NCBI GenBank assembly: GCA_965227345.1
Contig: OZ245755.1
Location: 769,084 to 833,083 of the forward strand
From: Sphingomonadales bacterium
GTDB taxonomy: Bacteria; Pseudomonadota; Alphaproteobacteria; Sphingomonadales; G965227345
Direction of reading: 5' to 3'
Length of the DNA stretch: 64,000 nt
In this document: positions 59,052 to 64,000 of the stretch, piece by piece
Numbering within the stretch: the stretch's first letter is position 1
Layout: the number at the start of each line of letters is the position of its first letter
Program-made: the position numbers and the translations under genes
Notes under the pieces: generated by a model
Told to the model about the DNA's origin: nothing
Databases searched by the model: none
Seen by the model: the letters and a program-made list of their open reading frames with translations, nothing else

Positions 59052-59480
59052 TTACCCCTGCACCTGAATGCCCATGGAACGGGCAGTACCTTCAATAATA
59101 CGTATCGCAGCGTCAACATCGTTGGCGTTGAGATCAACCATCTTGGCTTCAGCAATCTCACGCACCTGATCCGCTGTCACGTTACCAACAATCTCGCGAC
59201 TGGGCGTTGCGGCCCCTTTTTTCAATTTTGCCGCCTTCAGCAAATAGAAAGACGCAGGAGGCGTTTTGGTAATGAAGGAAAATGTACGATCCGCATATGC
59301 CGTAATCACCGTCGGGATCGGCATGCCTTTTTCAAGTTCCTGCGTTGCAGCATTAAATGCCTTGCAGAACTCCATAATATTCAACCCGCGCTGACCCAGC
59401 GCCGGACCAATTGGCGGCGACGGGTTTGCTGCACCCGCAGGCACCTGCAGCTTTATGTAGCCAGTAATCTTCTTTGCCAT
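59052..59480 (-). CDS. rplK: 50S ribosomal protein L11
   Basis: It has the uL11 N-terminal domain [24 protein letters not shown]. Confidence 0.98.
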   Translation of the reverse strand: MAKKITGYIKLQVPAGAANPSPPIGPALGQRGLNIMEFCKAFNAATQELEKGMPIPTVITAYADRTFSFITKTPPASFYLLKAAKLKKGAATPSREIVGNVTADQVREIAEAKMVDLNANDVDAAIRIIEGTARSMGIQVQG

Positions 59481-59589
59481 GCTAAATCCTTATTCCGCCC
59501 AAAGGGCACTAGAGTATCAGGGTTCGTGGTACGGTCATGGCAATAACCTTCCACGGCTTACAACACCGGACATATCCGGCATTTCATCC

Positions 59590-60120
59590 TCAGGTCTTTT
59601 GAACCTGCGAAAATTCCAGTTCAACCGGCGTAGCCTGGCCAAAAATAGACATTGAAACCTTCAGGCGCGACCGCTCTTCATCCACTTCCTCAACCATACC
59701 GTTGAAGTCCATGAACGGACCATCACACACCTTGACCTGCTCGCCGATTTCAAAAGTAATCATCGACTTCGGCCGCTCAACGCCTTCTTCGACCTGAGAC
59801 AGAATACGCTCGGCTTCCTTTTCGCTGATCGGTATTGGCTTGCCCTGCGGCCCCAAAAACCCGGTCACTTTCGGCGTATTCTTCACCAGATGGTACGACT
59901 GCTCGGTCATCAGCATCTTCGCCAGCACGTAGCCGGGGAAAAACTTGCGCTCGGAGCTCACCTTCTGGCCACGACGCACTTCCATCACCTCTTCAGTCGG
60001 CACCAGGACCTGTTCTACAAGCGCCTCAAGCCCCTGCTGACGAGCCTGTTCCGTGATAGCCTGAGCCACCTTTTTTTCAAAGCCTGAATGGGCATGAATA
60101 ATATACCAGCGGGCAGCCAT
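59590..60120 (-). CDS. nusG: Transcription termination/antitermination factor NusG
   Basis: 176 aa with the NGN domain (WYIIHAHSGFEKKV) and a C-terminal KOW domain. It follows secE. Confidence 0.97.
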   Translation of the reverse strand: MAARWYIIHAHSGFEKKVAQAITEQARQQGLEALVEQVLVPTEEVMEVRRGQKVSSERKFFPGYVLAKMLMTEQSYHLVKNTPKVTGFLGPQGKPIPISEKEAERILSQVEEGVERPKSMITFEIGEQVKVCDGPFMDFNGMVEEVDEERSRLKVSMSIFGQATPVELEFSQVQKT

Positions 60121-60122
60121 AT

Positions 60123-60326
60123 TTATCCTCCAAGCCCCAGAATTGTTTTGATTACCAGCGCCAAACCCTGGTCCACCAGCAAAAAGAAAATAGACATAAT
60201 AACCGCCATAACAAAGACCATCAGGGTGGTCACCAGGGTCTCCTTGCGCGTTGGCCAGGTCACCTTGGAGGTTTCCCGTTTTACTTCGCGCATATACTGG
60301 ATCGGATTGAACTTTGCCATTTTCAA
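60123..60326 (-). CDS. secE: Preprotein translocase subunit SecE
   Basis: 67 aa with a single TM helix and the conserved EVKRETSKVTWPTRKE. It lies between tRNA-Trp and nusG. Confidence 0.93.
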   Translation of the reverse strand: MKMAKFNPIQYMREVKRETSKVTWPTRKETLVTTLMVFVMAVIMSIFFLLVDQGLALVIKTILGLGG

Positions 60327-60435
60327 CTACTGTATCAACTGTCTAAATAAACCGCATCCCAAAGGCACGGCCAAACATCTTTTTATCTCTTCGACGAAAC
60401 AACTACCCCGAGGCAGTTGTATAGCCAGCAAAAAA

Positions 60436-60511
60436 TGGCAGGAGTGGAGGGAATCGAACCCGCAACCTCCGGTTTTGGAGACCGGCGCTCTGCCAATTGA
60501 GCTACACTCCT
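60436..60511 (-). tRNA. tRNA-Trp (anticodon CCA), CCA encoded
   Basis: The reverse complement folds as a cloverleaf with acceptor aggagtg/cactcct, anticodon arm ccggt-CTCCAAA-accgg and a TTCGATT T-loop. There is one C-U mismatch in the T-stem. Confidence 0.92.
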
Positions 60512-60572
60512 ACAATCGCCCTGTCGCTCAACATACGGTCAAACAACAATAATTTCGCCTGCCAATCCAATC

Positions 60573-60602
60573 ACTTATCCCGCCACCTGCCCGCCATGTC
60601 AA
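60573..60602 (-). promoter_or_regulatory. Sigma70-type promoter candidate for tRNA-Trp-secE-nusG
   Basis: The minus strand reads TTGACA (60602-60597), an 18-nt spacer, then ATAAGT (60578-60573). It lies ~60 nt upstream of the tRNA 5' end. Confidence 0.4.
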
Positions 60603-60625
60603 CGCGAATCAACATGACAGAAATG

Positions 60626-60664
60626 ACAAAAACACACTAAGGGGCGACTCGAGAGCAGCCCCTT
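60626..60664 (-). terminator. Candidate rho-independent terminator after tufB
   Basis: The minus strand reads AAGGGGC-loop-GCCCCTT, followed after 6 nt by GTTTTTGT. It lies 120 nt after the tuf stop. Confidence 0.5.
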
Positions 60665-60775
60665 TGCGTGGAGTTATACAGTTGCTGTCAAAGAAAGCAA
60701 ATACTTTTACAGACCATTTAACGGGCTTTTTACAAATTCATGACGGGCTGACAACAACGAGGCAATTGCCAGCCC

Positions 60776-61975
<1,200 letters not shown>

Positions 61976-62087
61976 TGCCTTCTTTCACCTTCCTGAAATG
62001 CGCTTTACGAATCCGGCGCCGTCAATATATCTGTATATCTACTACAAACCGCAAATTTCAGCGGCTCTTTTTCCGTCCTTGCGGTCA

Positions 62088-62161
62088 TGGAGCGGGTGAT
62101 GGGAATCGAACCCACGTAGCCAGCTTGGAAGGCTGGTGCTCTACCATTGAGCTACACCCGC
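62088..62161 (-). tRNA. tRNA-Gly (anticodon UCC), CCA encoded
   Basis: 74 nt, with acceptor gcgggtg/cacccgc, anticodon arm ccagc-CTTCCAA-gctgg and T-arm gtggg-TTCGATT-cccat. Confidence 0.93.
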
Positions 62162-62180
62162 GCAACATGTTTCCAGCAAG

Positions 62181-62266
62181 TGGTGGAGGGGGCAGGATTC
62201 GAACCTGCGTAGACATACGTCGACAGATTTACAGTCTGTTGCCTTTAACCACTCGGCCACCCCTCC
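62181..62266 (-). tRNA. tRNA-Tyr (anticodon GUA), CCA encoded
   Basis: 86 nt class II tRNA, with acceptor ggagggg/cccctcc, anticodon arm acaga-CTGTAAA-tctgt, a long variable arm and T-arm gcagg-TTCGAAT-cctgc. Confidence 0.93.
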
Positions 62267-62305
62267 ACAATCCATCCCCGAAACGGACGGTCATGGAAGT
62301 GGGGG

Positions 62306-62333
62306 AATATCAGCAATCCCGATCTGGTGTCAA
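62306..62333 (-). promoter_or_regulatory. Sigma70-type promoter candidate for the tRNA-Tyr-tRNA-Gly-tufB operon
   Basis: The minus strand reads TTGACA (62333-62328), a 16-nt spacer, then GATATT (62311-62306). It lies ~35-40 nt upstream of the tRNA-Tyr 5' end. Confidence 0.45.
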
Positions 62334-62436
62334 CCGTAAAAGGGCGAAATTAGCAGGTTGGGAAGCCTTTGATTATTCAGGGCCTTGTTTATCAGATTGC
62401 TTGCACTGCGATTGACCTCCGACTATATGCTATAGC

Positions 62437-63327
62437 ATGAGCAAAAGACGCAATCAAAAGCCGGCACGCGCCGCCCTGCCCCGGGCATCCGATAACGCAT
62501 CCTCCGGTCACAAAACGGGGCATGGCAAATTGTTCGGAAAATCACCCGAACGACAGATGAAAAAGGAACGTGGACACGCGCCGTCCCCCGGTGGCAGCTA
62601 CTGGATATATGGCCGCCATGCGGTGTTTGCCGCCGTCGGAAACCCTGACCGTAAAATCCTGCGTCTTGTTGCAACAGGCGGGCAGGCCGGGGCACTGGAC
62701 GAGCAATTGCGGCGCGGGTCCCATAAAACATGCCCGCCTATTGAACTGTCCCATGGCAGCGAGCTGGATAAGCTGCTCCCGCCTGACAGTGTTCATCAGG
62801 GGCTGGCGGCGCACGTCAATCCCCTGCCCGACTGCGATCTGGTAGAAACATGCCGACCAGGCACCGGGTCCGGCCCAAATCTGGTGCTCGTGCTGGATCA
62901 GGTCACCGACCCGCATAACGTTGGCGCCATCATTCGGTCTGCAGCGGCATTCGGGGCCATCGCCCTTGTTACAACAGATCGCCACGCCCCGCCGGAAACA
63001 GGGGCCCTGGCAAAGTCAGCCTCTGGCACGCTTGAGATATTACCCTGGGTCAGGGTCACTAATCTTGCCCGCGCGCTGGATGATCTGGCCGAACTGGGAT
63101 ACTGGCGCCTCGGGCTTGACGGCGAAGCCGACACGCCCGTTGATCAGGTTGACATGGGGAGCAATATCGTCCTCGTGCTGGGCGCAGAAGGTGCCGGGCT
63201 GCGCAAGGGGACCCTGGAGCACTGCGATCTGGGCGTCCGCCTGCCGATCAGCAATCAGGTAGAGAGCCTGAATGTATCCAACGCTGCTGCCGTAGCCCTG
63301 TATGCCCTGTCCCGGCCAGCGGGATAG
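62437..63327 (+). CDS. rlmB: 23S rRNA (guanosine-2'-O)-methyltransferase RlmB (SpoU/TrmH family)
   Basis: It has YGRHAVFAAV (substrate-binding N-domain) and SPOUT motifs LVLDQVTDPHNVGAIIRSA, LVLGAEGAGLR and SLNVSNAAAVALY. A basic ~45-aa N-terminal extension leaves the start uncertain (62437 or 62557). Confidence 0.9.
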   Translation: MSKRRNQKPARAALPRASDNASSGHKTGHGKLFGKSPERQMKKERGHAPSPGGSYWIYGRHAVFAAVGNPDRKILRLVATGGQAGALDEQLRRGSHKTCPPIELSHGSELDKLLPPDSVHQGLAAHVNPLPDCDLVETCRPGTGSGPNLVLVLDQVTDPHNVGAIIRSAAAFGAIALVTTDRHAPPETGALAKSASGTLEILPWVRVTNLARALDDLAELGYWRLGLDGEADTPVDQVDMGSNIVLVLGAEGAGLRKGTLEHCDLGVRLPISNQVESLNVSNAAAVALYALSRPAG

Positions 63328-63333
63328 AGATTT

Positions 63334-64000
63334 CTATTCCCACGCGGTGTCTGGCGGCGGCACAATTTTATCCGGTCGACGCATCAACAAGACAAGCGGG
63401 AGTGCGGCCAGCGTCAGCACCATCATCAGCAGAAAATCACTCAGGAAGGCAAGTGTCGAAGCCTGGCGTATGATTTCAGCCTCGATTAATGCGAAGGCTG
63501 TGCCAGCAGACTGGCCACTAAGGTTTTCAAAAATGAACAGCGGCTGGAACGTCGGGTTGTAAACATTCACATGCTGCACCATTTCAGAATGGTTTACCTG
63601 CACCTGACGCGCCAGCACTGTGAACACAATCGATATCCCGATACTGCTGCCAATATTTCGGGCCAGACTAAAAATCCCGGCGGCTTCTGTGCGCAGCTTC
63701 TGATCCAGCGTCGCATAGGATATGGTTGTCAGGGGAATAAAGATCATGCCCAGCCCCAGCCCCTGCAATACACCGGAAACAATAATCGGCCCCGCCCCCA
63801 CATTCATGTCGAACTGGGCCATCATCCACATTGAAAACGCCACCTGCACCAGACCAAAGGCCAGCAGGATACGCTCATCAACCTTGCCGATCAATCGACC
63901 GGCCAGCGCCATCGAGACCATGACGCCGATACCCCGTGGAGCCATCAGCAAACCTGTCATCACAACAGGGAAACCAAGAATATTCTGCAAGAACGGCGGC
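63334..64000 (-). CDS. MFS transporter, DHA2 (EmrB/QacA-like) family, C-terminal part; the 5' end lies outside the window
   Basis: The frame is open to the window edge. The TM-rich sequence has LAPRGIG, GLGLGMIFIPL and ARNIGSSIGIS blocks typical of 14-TM drug:H+ antiporters. Confidence 0.8.
   Translation of the reverse strand, partial: PPFLQNILGFPVVMTGLLMAPRGIGVMVSMALAGRLIGKVDERILLAFGLVQVAFSMWMMAQFDMNVGAGPIIVSGVLQGLGLGMIFIPLTTISYATLDQKLRTEAAGIFSLARNIGSSIGISIVFTVLARQVQVNHSEMVQHVNVYNPTFQPLFIFENLSGQSAGTAFALIEAEIIRQASTLAFLSDFLLMMVLTLAALPLVLLMRRPDKIVPPPDTAWE

Noticed and set aside
60436-60511. C-U mismatch at T-stem pair 50:64 of tRNA-Trp as a sign of a pseudogene
   Set aside because: All other stems, the anticodon loop, the T-loop and the encoded CCA are intact, and the gene sits in its conserved position before secE. 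A single T-stem mismatch is tolerated in functional tRNAs.
60088-60552. 154-aa plus-strand ORF over secE and tRNA-Trp, and 148-aa plus-strand ORF 61969-62415 over tRNA-Gly and tRNA-Tyr
   Set aside because: Both read straight through tRNA genes on the opposite strand and through a conserved secE. They are artefacts of ORF calling.

Overview
This window is core genome from an alphaproteobacterium. The lineage call rests on several markers: a MipZ-type division ATPase, an ATP12 (F1-ATPase assembly) homologue, a Tim14/DNAJC19-like membrane J-protein, adk inside the spc operon, and rpsD absent from the alpha operon. GC looks moderate but was not computed.

From about 29.5 kb to 62.3 kb the minus strand is one uninterrupted translation/transcription super-cluster. 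In transcription order it runs tRNA-Tyr, tRNA-Gly, tufB, tRNA-Trp, secE, nusG, rplKAJL, rpoBC, rpsL-rpsG-fusA-tufA, the S10 operon, the spc operon (secY-adk), then rpsM-rpsK-rpoA-rplQ.

The left 29 kb holds housekeeping genes: a dinB fragment, clpSA, phosphomannomutase, mipZ, panC, mgtE, tRNA-Leu, cysH, lipB, pccAB, ATP12, rluC-like, crcB, rarA and degP. It also holds a few accessory-looking genes: a GGDEF cyclase, a RidA-GDPD-DUF482 unit, a PEP-CTERM-type secreted protein, a fatty-acid-hydroxylase-family membrane enzyme, a phasin, a Bax/FlgJ-like glucosaminidase, a response regulator with an unrecognised output domain, and an orphan 80-aa FliN/SpoA-domain protein. The right edge has rlmB and the 3' part of a DHA2-type MFS transporter.

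I found no CRISPR array, IS element, integrase, prophage or defence-island signature, and no gene cluster I can defend as a previously undescribed system. The long ORFs antisense to conserved genes look like artefacts.

The findings below are modest curiosities. They include CDS-limited homogenisation of the two tuf copies, the PEP-CTERM protein with no exosortase in view, and the orphan FliN-like gene with its own terminator. They also include repeated palindromes upstream of the phasin gene, the Tim14-like J-protein after mipZ, the mgtE-response regulator pair, long structured ribosomal leaders, and crcB without a recognisable fluoride riboswitch.

Several ORF-track starts were moved to internal start codons where conserved N-termini, Shine-Dalgarno motifs or neighbouring stop codons supported the change.
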